This document shows positions 1 through 13,600 of a DNA stretch of 27,325 nt, piece by piece. Position numbers and translations under genes: made by a program. The DNA comes from a candidate division SR1 bacterium (GTDB lineage Bacteria > Patescibacteriota > Gracilibacteria > Absconditabacterales > Absconditicoccaceae). The notes below the pieces were generated by a model. The model saw nothing but the letters and a program-made list of their open reading frames with translations. It made no database searches and was not told the DNA's origin. How positions within the stretch are numbered: the stretch's first letter is position 1; the number at the start of each line of letters is the position of its first letter. The stretch is taken from contig SKIU01000069.1 of NCBI GenBank assembly GCA_007116275.1, forward strand, positions 1 through 27,325. The letters run 5' to 3'.

Positions 1-185
1 AGTATCCAAGGGAGTGTGCTTCCTGGACTGATAAGCTGTTCGGCAAGTTTCGTTAATCAACCATTGCTGACATTTTTCCAAAAATTACCCGGTACATGCG
101 TACATGCACTATCAGGGATATCAGCACAAGAACGTTCTTCACCATCATCAGTCACAAATTTATATGCAGCATCGACCACACTCAT
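1..185 (-). CDS. Probable MFS-type transporter, N-terminal part only (runs off the window edge)
   Basis: ATG at 185 gives MSVVDAAYKFVTDDGEERSCADIPDSACTHVPGNFWKNVSNG(TGA=G)LTKLAEQLISPGSTLPWI, with no TAA/TAG to the edge. The C-x-D-I-P-x-x-A-C...P-G-N-F...TK-L...P...L-x-W pattern resembles, from recall, the N-terminus of a group of MFS permeases. Confidence 0.5.
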
Positions 186-216
186 ACAAGCTCTATTAGC
201 GCATAAAAACGAGTAT

Positions 217-702
217 TTACGACAAAAAGGCACTCGTGAGTATCCTCATGATCGCATACGCTGATGCAACGACCACTATTCACTCTATAGCATATCTTAG
301 CGCCTTATTCCCTTCGGCAGCACCATCACCTGACGATGAAAAAATCCCTGTCGCATAGATATACCCAGCGTAGATAATCATCACCGCACCGATAACCAAT
401 GCTATTTGACTCAGAAACCTGACAAGATACACAACATAACCTATCAACGTATCCCAAGTCATAATACCACTCGCAAACTGATCACCAAGATTGTTACCAA
501 GTCCATCAGCCTGTTGATTGTACCTATCTCGTACAGTTCCTTCTCAGGCTCAAACATCTCTTACTGCATCAATAACAGTATCATTATTACTTTGTTCAGG
601 GATGATAAAGAAGTTGTTTGATGTATTTTGGTTTTGTGCATACACTCACGCAGACAAAAATAGTCCAGATATGATGAGTAATGCTAGTTTATATCGTTTC
701 AT
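217..702 (-). CDS. CPR-type pilin-like membrane protein (VirB2/TrbC/T4SS-pilin-like), 161 aa
   Basis: ATG 702 to TAA 217 with TGA=Gly. It has a signal peptide (MKxYKLALLIISGLFLSAGVYA), then a two-helix hydrophobic hairpin LSQIALVIGAVMIIYAGYIYATG...AAEGNKALRYAIEGIVVVASAYAIMRIL. This matches the typical Patescibacteria pilin pattern (IIYAGxxY...G...KxLxxAIxG). Confidence 0.7.
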
Positions 703-729
703 AATCTACTATAAAGAGAGTAAAGAGTA

Positions 730-1572
730 TTACATGCTACATTGCCTTGTTCACTCGACCACAAACCTGTTAACGGTCGTAAATGCAGCAACCATTTCGG
801 CAATAGATGATTGGAGAGTCATAAGTCTATTGTTAGCATAATAATCTACCAAATGCGTGGTCATACTTTTTCCTAGCATTCTATTTGCTTGGAGGTCAAT
901 AATCATCCTCGCATACATAAGTTCATATTGTGTTTTTTCTCTAATAAGTTCTTTACACAATTTTACAGCATTAGGCAGCTCTCTGGCTGCAGGTGTATTT
1001 GATCTGAGATTTTTATAGTATGCATTTGCCGTATCGCAGACCTCGTTATATAATGTATGCAATACTCCATTGTCTATATTCCAATATTGGTTAGTACTCG
1101 TAACAATAGCAGCAGGCATATTTCCATCAGGATTGTTTGCATAGTTTCTCATAAGTTCCCTTCGTTCTTTTCCTTTTTCATGCACGGGGACATCAGGATA
1201 TATAAGATCTTCATTTCCGTCTAGTCTCCTCAGCATGACATCTATGAGATGATCAAAAAGGTAAGTACTTTGGGGGAAGTAGCCATTGGTTGGGATATCT
1301 TTATCCTGATCACAAACAATAATATCATTACCATTGGCATCTACGGTATTTCTCAGATACTTCTGTTCACAACAATATGCTCTCAAATTTTTGGTTACTC
1401 TTTTGATAGCTTCTTCTGGTAACAGATCACTATTGGTACTGATTCCAGAAACCTTGTCATTACGTGAGTTTACCAAAGCACAATCAGCAGTAGCAGCACT
1501 TTGTCAAAAGCTAACCAGTGGCATACTAGCAGTGATGATAACAAGTATAAGCGCATATCCTCGACGATGCAT
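730..1572 (-). CDS. Hypothetical secreted, mostly helical, Cys-containing protein, 280 aa
   Basis: ATG 1572 to TAA 730 with TGA=Gly; this extends track ORF 751..1476 at both ends. N-terminal signal or anchor MHRxGYALILVIITASMPLVSFG; Cys at DCAL, YCCEQ, VCDQ, VCDT, LCKE and the C-terminal QCSM; motif YLFDHLIDVMLRRLDG. Confidence 0.8.
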
Positions 1573-1617
1573 AATAACTACAAACAAGATAAAATAATAT
1601 ATTTACTTAGTTTAGAT

Positions 1618-4600
1618 TTATTGTACCAGTGCCTGTATAGCAACATTAACACTATAGAGATTATCTCCTTGGGTATTTTGTACAATATAAGTAATGTAAT
1701 CTTCATTGAACAATACCTCTGCTTGCAATGATGTATGGTATGGCGTCGGTACATAGATATGTCAATCAGGACTAATGTAGGATATACAGTTGTTATTTTC
1801 TTTCACACACCATCCATTAGCAAAAGTGTCAAACGATGATCACAGTTGTTCCAGCGATATTGTTGGACTTAAAATCTGGATTGGATCCTCACCATACAGC
1901 GATGAAGCAGCATAATATATTTGGAAGATTTGCTGTCAAGCAGTAGCATCAACGACCCTTATCATAGGAACATGCGAAGCAAAATCTACATCAAGTGTAT
2001 ATTGATTGATGAAGTTGTCTTCTATCGTTATTGTTCCATTCATTGGATCAAGGAGTGCAACAGTTTCTCCCGCTGCATTATACAATCATATATCATCAGA
2101 TAGATTAAATATACTTCCAGTAATGACTGTCTGTCAGATACCCAGAGGAAACTGGCTAATCGTATTACCATTTTGTTCTGCTGATAATGTTTCTCGAACG
2201 GTTGTTCTCATACGTTCAAAGCTCACAAATCATTCATCCATATCATTGCTAATACTAGCGACGATACTTCCAGCATTTTCGCCTTCTCTATATGCATTAT
2301 CAATCTCTATAGTTGGAATATCAATACTCACAGTAATGGTTGTCCTATTGAAGTTATCATTGTAATCCATCGCACCGATAGTGATAACCTCTGACATAAT
2401 ACCAGTAAAGAATAACCCATCAATACTAGTGCTAGCACCTGTATACGTATCCAAGATGTTACCTTGGCTATCTTCTATCCAGTTATAAGCCACAGCGACA
2501 TTATCTTCTCGTGTCACATCCAAACGATAATCAGTACTCACATATCATGCATGATCAGTTCCAGTACTTATCACTTCATCAGTTTGCACTCTTACAAACT
2601 CAACGGTTGGGACAGGTCATACAGTATCCGCGAGTAGTTGTGTTCCTACGACGATTTGATTAGACCATGGACTTGCACGTTCATAGATAGAAACACTCTC
2701 GTTCCCTCTATCATACAATGTACTTACTTGTGCATATTTCCAATTCCTCGATAGATTTAATAGCGTGATGCTAATATCTTCTTCATCAGGATTGTAGTAA
2801 AATATATCTACTATCTCATTGCCCATAAGATTTTGTATAACGCCTGGATTGTTATTGTATGGACGCACAAAACGATCAGGATTTTCAATAGTTGTTCACT
2901 CAGGAAGCACTAAGGCATATACTCTATCAATGAGTGCATTACTCATGAAGCTGAGTGGATGGTATTTGTCATGATGTGTATCGACTCTATGATTAAGTTG
3001 GATAAGATATCCATCGACATCATCTCCCATAATATCATTATTGGTCCAAGAAAAGGATATACTATCAAATGACTGTCCTTGCATACGAAAGTTCTTCACT
3101 TCTCGATCTTTATCATAGATCTTTAGTGATATGTTGTTAGTAAATGACAATAATCCTCATTGTGAATTAATAGTAACATATCCATTGGCATCAGTAAGAT
3201 TATCAAGTTCTTCTGGATCGTCAAGGATAGGACTGACATAATACTGTCAGTGATATGTGGTTTTGTCACTGTTAGTCACAGTATTTTGTTCAGCATATTT
3301 GATATAAATACTATTACTATCTCGCATAATAATATCATCATTACCGTCATCATTGATGTCATATATACTGTAGTTATCGCCCACAGCATCGATATGGTCA
3401 TTACTCGTAACTACATTGATATGTTGTCCATTATCTCATATAACTCGTATTCCCTTTGCATATTGTGTTAGATCTGCAGAAGCGGTGTTAGTTACTCAAC
3501 CACAATTAACACAAGTGCTGTTATTGTTGCTGTTATTTGGTGTCTGTGCAATGAGAGGGAGCGCACTACTTGTGGTTTGGTTATATTGCTGAGATGTAGT
3601 TGGATTGCTTACTTGTTGTCATCATTGTTGTGAAACAAGTGCTTGCGATGATTGTCTTGTAGACGAAGCACTGGTCGGCACATTCGTCCTTGTACTGGAT
3701 GTATTGCCAGCTATAAGTGTCTTTCCTTGTTGGATTGTCGTATTAACTTGATCAAAATATTTAGACATATGTTGATGTTCTCTTGGATGCATCCCTAGTG
3801 ATGCTGGAGCACTGTTTGCGAGTGCACCTTGATATCACTGTGCTACTTCTTCCTGCAAATTAAGATAACTCAGGAGTGGATGCTCACTCGTATTGAGAAG
3901 ATCTTTTGTTCTTTTATTCGCACTAAATAGTGCCATACTTCGAGAGTGTTCTTCTTGGTTATTTGACACAAGTATAGTATCTCTTTCTTCTATAGCATCT
4001 AAGAATCCATCATAATCATTCTGTATGTGGTCTTTGATTTCTCTCACCTCTTGTTGTTTAGTATCTATCACAGACTGCACTTCCTGATGTATCTGTTCGA
4101 GCTGTTCTATATGAGCAACGACAGCATGATCCATACGGAGAATATTATCAATTTGTTGTATATCTTGCCTGTGTGTATTGCTAATACTATAATCTTCCAA
4201 AAGCTGCAATCATCCAATCAATTCTCTTTTGACAGTAGTATGAGAAACTTCAGGAATAGTAATATTATCCCAGTTCAGTAAATCATCTGGATTGAGGTTG
4301 ATATCTATATTGATATTATTTTGTATATTATTTATAACGTCAGTCACAGGATTGTTATTTAAGAACTGATTACCATCCTCGATGAGTGTATTGAGATTGT
4401 TGGATGAACCTTCCAATTTTTCAAATGGTTTAGTAACATTCTCACTGACACGTTCAGCCATGTAATTGATCGTATCATAAACACCATTAAAGTTAAACTG
4501 AATATTAACAAAAGTGTCTATTTGATAATCAAATCATTGCATTGGAGGATCTCTAAACATAGTAGTCAAGTCAAGATAGTCAAAAAATGGTACATTCCAT

Positions 4601-7600
4601 GACCTTTGTGTCATCTGTTCAATTTTTGACTTAACCCCATCTTCTGCTACCAATCAAACACCTTTTCCTTTTATAATACACATTATCTGACCAATAAACT
4701 CAGCTGCATTAATTGTCGCACTTATTGATGGCGATATCGCAGGGATCTTTGGTGCAGGAGGAAGGACAGGTAAATCTAATTCGACTTGTGGAAGTAGCGT
4801 TGGTAATGTTGGTAATTGCGGTGGTGGAGGCAGTATAGGAAGATTTGGTATATTAAAAGGACTAAAATCAAGATCCAAGGTTACAGTAGGAGGTCTTGGT
4901 AGGTCAGGGATTCTTGGTAGTGCAATAGATGTAGGAACAAACTTGAAACTTGGCAACAGGATTTGCATACCGATATTGATACGCGACATGTCCAGATAAA
5001 TATTTGGCAACTTAAATGGTGGTATCGGTAATATTGGTAATTGTGGACAGAGGAATGCCAAACTACAAGAATAATAATCATAGATATCATTGCTACAGGT
5101 ACCACAACTTTCTGCCCGATTCACTGAAAGATCAATAAGTGCCTGCCAGGTTCTAATAACGCCAATAAGTGTAATGATGGCGTCTACATACTGAGAAAAC
5201 CTCTTCGCATTAGTCCCAAGCCAGTATGATATTTCACCAAAGAATCTACCAATAAACCCTGATAGTTCAGTAAGATATCTATCAGTAACATGCATCCATT
5301 CATACAATTGTATTGGAAATTGTTGGTACTGTTCGAGTACTTTCAAGTTTTGTTTGATATCTCTCACAAGAAGATGGTAGTTCTCTTCTATATTCAAAAA
5401 TTGTTGGAAACGAGCATTCTGCGTAAATGTATCACATTGTTGCAGTTGATCCAATTCTGCATTTATTTCTTGCATACGACGAGTATCTCCAGCAGCTCTT
5501 GCCTGACTGAGTTCCGTATTGAGTCTTTGTCTCTCACCTCTAATATATGCTCTCGCTGTTTCTACTTCTTCCTCCCAATTTTCATCATTAATAACCCTGT
5601 TACTACAGATACCTAGTGCAGACTTCGTAATGTTTTTCCATTCATCTCGTATACCTCCATTTGCCTCTATCCATGTTTCCAAGTAACTTGCGTATCTAAT
5701 CACATCCTCCGCATAGATAAATGGTATCGGCACAATAACATCTTTGCTCGCAATATTAACCAAATTAACTTGTTCAAACATTTGTCCGACAAGTTCAAAT
5801 GGATTGTTTATTTCTGCAGAGAGATTGGCTAGGTCTCATTGTTGCAAAAGATTGTTCTGAGCTCGGTTGGATATATTATCTAATCAACGAACATCTATTC
5901 ATTCTCAGGCATTCCTATTGATTTCTTCCAAAGATGCTTCCTGTGAAAATATTGCTTCCAATGTAGTAGCGTCAAGTGTATCAAGTCATGCAAAAACTTG
6001 TTCGACATCAGGGAAGTAAATACCGATAGTCATCTGACTCATATTATTAATGATATATTTCACTTGTCTATCCATCCAGTCTTGGATAACACATTTAACT
6101 AATCCCATTGCCATCCCTCCCAGGATTTTAAGGTTTGTTTGCTCTCATGCTCTAAGTGTAATATTTTCAACAAATTCTTCAAAATCAGGCATCTCAGCAT
6201 CGACAAAAACAGGGTCTGCTTGAAAATCAATAAGCCCAAATCCATAGGTATTTTGTGGTATAATAGGAGTAGGCGAAGGAATAAATGGATCTTGTGCCAC
6301 AAGCGTAAATGGAGATGATGCATATTTATTGTCAACATTAAGACCATCAACGATAGTGGTTTCAGTATAAGCGATAGTTGGTTGTGTACAGGTACCTGCC
6401 TGTCCAGCATCTACCCACCACGGATCCAGTTGTTGCGTATAAACTTCATTTGGTCCAACTTCTGGAGCTGATGATCCACACGGTATAGCAAGACTAAGCA
6501 CAATACAATTTCCTCATAGATCTCTTATAGGTTGAGGAAGTCATTGTGTAGCCGATTGTGGTCACAGGCAGATAGCAAATCATAGTTGTGCTGTTAGTGT
6601 TGGTGAAACATACAGTCTAATCATAGAAGGTAATACTCATCCTGGCGCCCAGTAAAATGAGTCCGTTCCTGGTTGTGTAAGTCCATATGGCATAGGAATT
6701 GGAGCTCACATAACATAGGCTGTTCCAGGAAAGAAAAATAATGGCAGTCATTTATCTTGAAATAGCGTACAGCCAAATATATTAAATGTACCTGGTGTGA
6801 GAAATGACATATTAAATGGTACCGGAGGTTGTATACATGGGTCTCCTCATCATAGCTTAAATCATTGACACAATCATTGCAATGCAGTATCAAATGATGC
6901 AGATACATCACTGAGTGTGTCATCAACAAGGGTCATATTAAGATTTGCATTCAGGTCGATAGGATTTCACACACTAATATTATCAAGAATGGACTGATGA
7001 TCTCGTCCTTGATTGAGCATACTATCCACAAAACTACTGTTCATACCATTCCCGACATCACCAACGACATTAGATATATCATCCAGATTATTCCCTAGAT
7101 TATCTTGCATATCTTCATAATAATTAGTAATTTCTTCCCACAAATTTTCAAAAGTCTCGTTGTATGATCTATATGATTGGCTAGTATTCACATCATTGTA
7201 GAAAGTCCACGAAAACTTAGCACAACTATCACCAGGAGTAACTATTATATCAGGATAATTATCAGTAGTTCAATCCCTTTCTTTTTTAGCAACATCGATT
7301 ATCATAGGACTTCCTCATACATATTGTACTACATATGAGAAACTAATAGTATCGCCTGACTGTAGAGAAACATTATCTAAGAGATAGACAAATCCATCAT
7401 TCTCAGTATTCCACACAATCTCTGCATCATCAGGAATGGTTCCATAATCAAAATTTCCCAGTGATCAATCGCTATGCTGCGGTATGATCCATGGTCCACG
7501 GATTTGGTCGGCAAAACTCATAGTAGTATCTTCCGATGCTTTTATATGTACCGTAATCAATACATCTTCACCTTCCAATAACATTCATCCATTAAGATCT

Positions 7601-10600
7601 TCATATGTTTTATAGACGCGAACCGGATCATCACTACTCAAATATCACAATGATATATATGCTATTTCATCATTGGTAAGTGTCTCGTAACTTGGTATGA
7701 TGCTAAATGGATTTGGCGTATGACGGAGAAGTTGTTCTCATCCAGCTTGTATAAGCGCATCGATATCAAGGTTTCCCATCGCATTCAGGGGTCATTGTGA
7801 TTGCATAAGTGCGGACATATTTGCCTGAAAAGTATCGGTATCTATAGATTCATTTTCATACAAATTTGCTAATGCCTGCATAGCAGCATCAGTATCATTT
7901 CATCACAATTCAGATACGTGGTCACCAAGAGGATTACTGAGATCATCTTCTGGCGGCATGGCAAGTCCGTCTCGATGTACAAGACTAGCATCGAGTATAT
8001 GTATCTCTGGATCAAGTTCGACACCATATTGTTTGACTAATACAACATTATCTTCCTGTCTATCTTTCCATCAGTCATCACAAGTATATGCTAATTCTGA
8101 GACATAATTTGATCATCCATTGGTCATTCAACCATAAAATATTTTTACTGCTCATTCCTTATCATGTGTGATGATGTCTACAGTACCATCCAGATCCATA
8201 TCTTCTACGAATAACTGTGATACTCCATCCAAACTATCAGGTCATCATGCAACATCAAGACAAACCATACGTCCGTCTACATCAAATATTCACTCATTAT
8301 TGTGATATACTCTCAACTGATTGGTATTAGTTTGTATGATAATGTCATTGTAATTATTATTATTTACATCACCGACAAATATATCTTTAATAGTATCGGC
8401 AATCAACAAGAGGTTTTGTGTATCTTTATAAGGATCGGTTCATCCATAGTTTTTCAATAGTTTTATACTTCCATCAGTATGTGCAATAAGAATGTCGTCT
8501 AACTCATCATTATTAAAATCAAACGGAATGACCTTGAATATCGTTTTTCAAGGATTATTATAAATATTGGTCCCCATACTCGTATCAAATGCTGTATTAG
8601 CAGCTTTTTTATTCAAATCAATTCTTGTAACCAGAGGGTCTCCGATATTGATAGCAAATAGAGAAGCAAATCATTTTGTTGCATCTCCAATATGTTGTCA
8701 TGCTGCAAAATTATTAATATTTTTAAATGATCCCCTAAACCCGATAGTCAGATTTTCATTATTGCTATCTTCGATAGAGTTATAACTATTGTCTTTTGTA
8801 AAGAATCCGAATTTTTTGGTCAATGCGATTCCTTGTTCGCCGTTGGTAGATCATTCAGCAAAAATAATATGCATGCTTATAGTATCTATGTTGTTGATAT
8901 GTGTACGACTTGCAGCTTGGTTAAGAAGTGTTTGATCTGTTCTCTGTATCACCATACGTCATACAAGTGTATTATTATATTGTACATTCCACACAGGATA
9001 TCATTGATGTTGTTCGCTAGATAACGTTATAGCTACAGCCGCATCTAGTGTATCTACATCAAATACAGCGGTATTGTTTATTTGTATCGCAGATCATTGG
9101 ACACTATTACTTGTGATGAAACTATCGGTATTTTCAGGGATATAGGTAATAGTGTTCCCTTGTATATTTCAAGGGGTGAAATTAGTGATATTATTTATCT
9201 GCTGTAAACTAAAGTCACCTGCATCACCTATGTGAATATTTGCCAGATCACTAACTGCTATAGATAACCCATTGGATGTATTACTCAGTAGTGATACACT
9301 ATTATTATCAAGGTTCTTTATTTTTAGACTTGGAGTGACAATAAAGGAAACTTCTTTGATTTTGTCTGGATTGATAAGCTGCGTTGTTGTAGTAAGGAGT
9401 TTATCAGAGTTTTGTATACGATCATTGATATATGATGCATCTATATCAGAAAAATATCACCGTTGGTTTCATCGATCATTCCCAAACATATTCAGGTACA
9501 TAACATTGAGATTGTCGCGAGGGACGACATCATGCTGTATCGCAATACGGGCGTAGCCAGGTATATGATCAGAAAGTGCTACGCCGTCAATACGAGCATA
9601 TACATAAGCGATACCTCCTGGCTCATCAGTAGTGATAGTTATTTGCTCAGATCATCCCGTAACAGTGACGACACTACTTTTTTCTCCATTAACTAATAAA
9701 GACCCTATACCTCATACTTCTACATCCACAGCTTCTTGGACAGGATTTCACCAAATATCATACACTACTATATGACGATCGAAACTTTCTCACGGTCCAC
9801 CAAATGCAGGGATATTTTCTATAACAATTCTACTAACATCACCAGGATTAACGGTCACTGGTATCTGGACAGGATCAAGCCCAGGGACAGTAACTGTGAG
9901 GGTATCCTCTCCAGCTTGATATGTCGGCTCTAGATATATAGTTATATTGCCATCTTCTACAAAAAAGCTTGATGCTGGTTTGAGGATGGTTTGCGTTATT
10001 TGATTACCATCGACAGATACAGAACGAGTTTCACTAGTAGATGGTTGGAGTAAATTATTGCTTGATGTAATTTGTATATAGCTACTTAGATCGACACCAT
10101 CCACGTCAGTGAGTGAAAGTGTTATAGATGGTATAACATCAAGATCTATCTGTTCTACACCGTCTGTTGTCGTTGTTTTAACTCCATCAAATGATGCAGG
10201 CAATGTATAATCAATACTTGTATTATCTATGTCTAATACAGGTTCTTTAATACGTATCTCTTTAGCAGCAATAGGACTATTGCTTCCATCTCAAGGTCTG
10301 ACAAAAAGAGTGACTAATGTATCATGCGCAACACTAGTATCTGCAGGAGCGTTATAAAGAAATTGTGCTTTATTGAAATCAGTAAAGGACAGACCAGTAC
10401 TTGTGGTATTCCCATTAAATAATGAACCAGTCGACGAACTAATAATAAATTCATCAAGTCATATTCATAGTTTATTACCGAAGGTATCTTTTCCTGCTAC
10501 AATAACAGGAGCACGATCTCCACGTATAACACTATTTGGCCCTACAATTTCCAATGATGCAATAGATCATGGAAGGATGTTGATTTGCTGTGTTTTGTGG

Positions 10601-13600
10601 ATACATGCTTGTGTGTTTTGGGTGCTACATAGCTTAAATACAACAGTCGTCAATCCAGCCTTGGTAGAGTGAGAATGATTAGTATCTCCTAGTCTAATAG
10701 GAAGTCTTGTATTGTTATCAAAAAAATTCCTACTTAATGATACTGGATTGTCACAAAGATTGTTTGATTCTCCATCGATAATAAGACAATTGTCACCTGT
10801 AGCAGAAACCGTAACTTGTACATTCCCTAGATCTCTTGTAGACACTATTTGCAAATATTTCTCTTGGTCCAGTTCAGGATCTACATACCACGCACTCAGA
10901 TTACTCTTCGTTATCGTATATTGCATGATATCTTGCAAGTTTTGTTGTTGACTTGCAGGAAGGTTTTCTATGACTGTATCATTTGCTTGTTCCAGTTGTA
11001 CTGCAGTCGTTCGTTGCTTCCCATATTCACTCATATCATCTCAGTAGTTTGAGAATTGATTAGCGAACTCATTACCAAATGATCTATAATCAGGTATAGT
11101 GATAGTTAATCAAAACGGTTTTTGTGCAAGTTGTTTTGCCCAACATGCTACTGCTCCTGGCCATTTGACTAATGGTACTGGACTAAGTGGATCATAACCA
11201 CATTCTTGTTGTTCTTCATCTTCATCTGCTCTCATTTGGTCATAACTACTTGATGCGTTTGGTTTTTCTTGCTGAGAAAAATTATTTTGTGATTCTTGTA
11301 TATCTCTTACAAATCAAGGCACAGTACTATTGTCTATAGTGTGTACACCGTCAGAGTTGATAAATGCTACTTCATACCCATTGGCTACATATCATGGATT
11401 GAAAAGAGGAGATTGTTCATTATCTGCAACAAGATACGCATCCATAACATGTGTTATTTTTTGGTTAATATCAATAGTATCATAATGCTGTTGCATCGTA
11501 TCTTCTACAGTATCTTGTGCAAGTTTTTCTTGCCAAGGAAGATTCTGATAATGGAGTAATCTTGCTATTTCGTCTATAGTATTTTCTCCCAATGCATCGA
11601 TAAATATATTTTCATCTATAAGTGTATAGCTACGATTTGGTGTTGCAGTAATATTATGTTGGGCAAGAAAGTCGAATGCATCAGGGTTCGTATTGTAGTA
11701 GTTGGTTCTTGTATCCAATTGTGACTGGAGTAGTTGATTGTACTCTTGTACATAAGACTGCAGATGCTCTTTAATAGATAAGGCAATGGCATCAGGTTCC
11801 ATGAGTGTAAGTATCAAACCACTTTGTACATATACAGGAGTTGCATAAATATTTGGATAGGGGAGCGTAATTGTTTCTCATCACAGTCACACAAACGAAA
11901 TTCTTCTTTCATTATCAATAGGTCTATCTCTTGTAGTAATATTCATATTATTTACTTCATCAGGAATCGGTGATGTATGATGATATATTGTATCGATTGT
12001 CTTAAAAAGCCATCTTCTTGATACAGCACTTCCAACAACAGCAGGAGATCTTGGTCTATCAAGAACAATAATAGCAGGGGTTGCGATTTGGATATCTGAG
12101 GTTGTTAATGCATATGCATTTGCAAAGTTGACCATATTATATGGTGCAGTGTTTTTAGGTCTAAAACCATTGTTGAGTATGTCCATATCAATATCATTGA
12201 TACATCTAGGAAATTCTATGTTCCCTGCTTGATCAGAAGTGAGTATCGCTGATCCAAATTTTTCTATACTAGAAAGAGTATTTATATCAGTGATTTCATT
12301 TGAGACAGCTTTATGTCATGCTATATCATAGATAGGTTCTATTGCATGTTTGAAATAAGGAAATCCATCAGGAACATTCAATATCTGATCGTTACTATTG
12401 ATAGGATTTTCAATCAAGTTAATCGGAGAAGCTCACCCTCGTTTTCTGACAGCAAAATCCAATGGTGTTTCTTTTTGATCTCATTGATAGACAGTATTTC
12501 AACTTACTGGATTAACACAACTATTATTATTGTTCTCAGGGACTCGAGATTTAGCTACACAAATCAATCACAACAAAATACTACTAGAACAGGTTGATTC
12601 TCGTCTTCATTGTATTTTTGTACCACTTCGAAAATCTATCTCTGCACTTGTGTTGCTAAAATTATATCACCTATTCGCTTCTGTTTGTTGTGATAAGATA
12701 TTGAAGGTTCATCCAACTGATTGTGCAATATTAGTATTGAGAGTTAATCAATCGATTGATTCAATATTTTGATATGTTCCACGATATATATGTGTATCAG
12801 CAAGGGAATCTATATTGAGTGATCTTTCACCAAAAAAGAAGAAATCATAATTATCTATCTCATCTCCACACTGTACAAGTCAACATGTTGTTCTTTTGTA
12901 CTGATAGGTTATAGGTATGGGTATACGCATAGCATATTGTTCCTGTGTTATTTTATTATTTAGCGTTTCTTCAAGTGTGTCATTAAAATCTTTGATTGTA
13001 GGAGTAATGCCTTCTGCTATATCACGAAACATAATATCATCTTTTGTGCTAACCTTTTTTATATGAGTGTCTATTTGGTTATCACTTATCCATCTTCATC
13101 CGGCAAATATATTGTCTCTCATTGTCTCGCTATAGATATCCCCAAAAAGCGTACTATATCATCTGAGAAATTCAGGGATAATATTATCTAAGAGGGTAGT
13201 AAACGTAGGCGTGTCACTTGCATTCGTAAGAGTACTACTATTGTTAGAAAATAAATCGTTCATTGTATCTCCATACGCCATAAGTGCATTATTATATGCT
13301 AGGACATTGTCATCACTATATTCTGCCTCTGTGTCCAAAGCGCTGGTCATATCATTGACGAGTTTTGATCATAATCAAGCGATGTCTTGATTGCGATTTC
13401 ATTGGAGTATATTGAGAAAAAAGGTCGAAAACCTTCTATATGCTGTATCCTCAGCAAACAGATGTTTGTTCGTATAGTATTGTACATTACCATCTACAAA
13501 ATATTTTTTGAGTGCAGTAAAGTCATCATACCATATCTTAGCATCGACAAATCATCCTGGATTGTCTGCATAGTTGCTGAGTTTGTCAAAATAGTCATTG

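Noticed and set aside
3490-3540. Asn/Ser-rich trinucleotide-like runs (also ~8350 and ~12525) as microsatellites or phase-variation tracts
   Set aside because: They are short, degenerate, in-frame codon runs explained by amino-acid composition.
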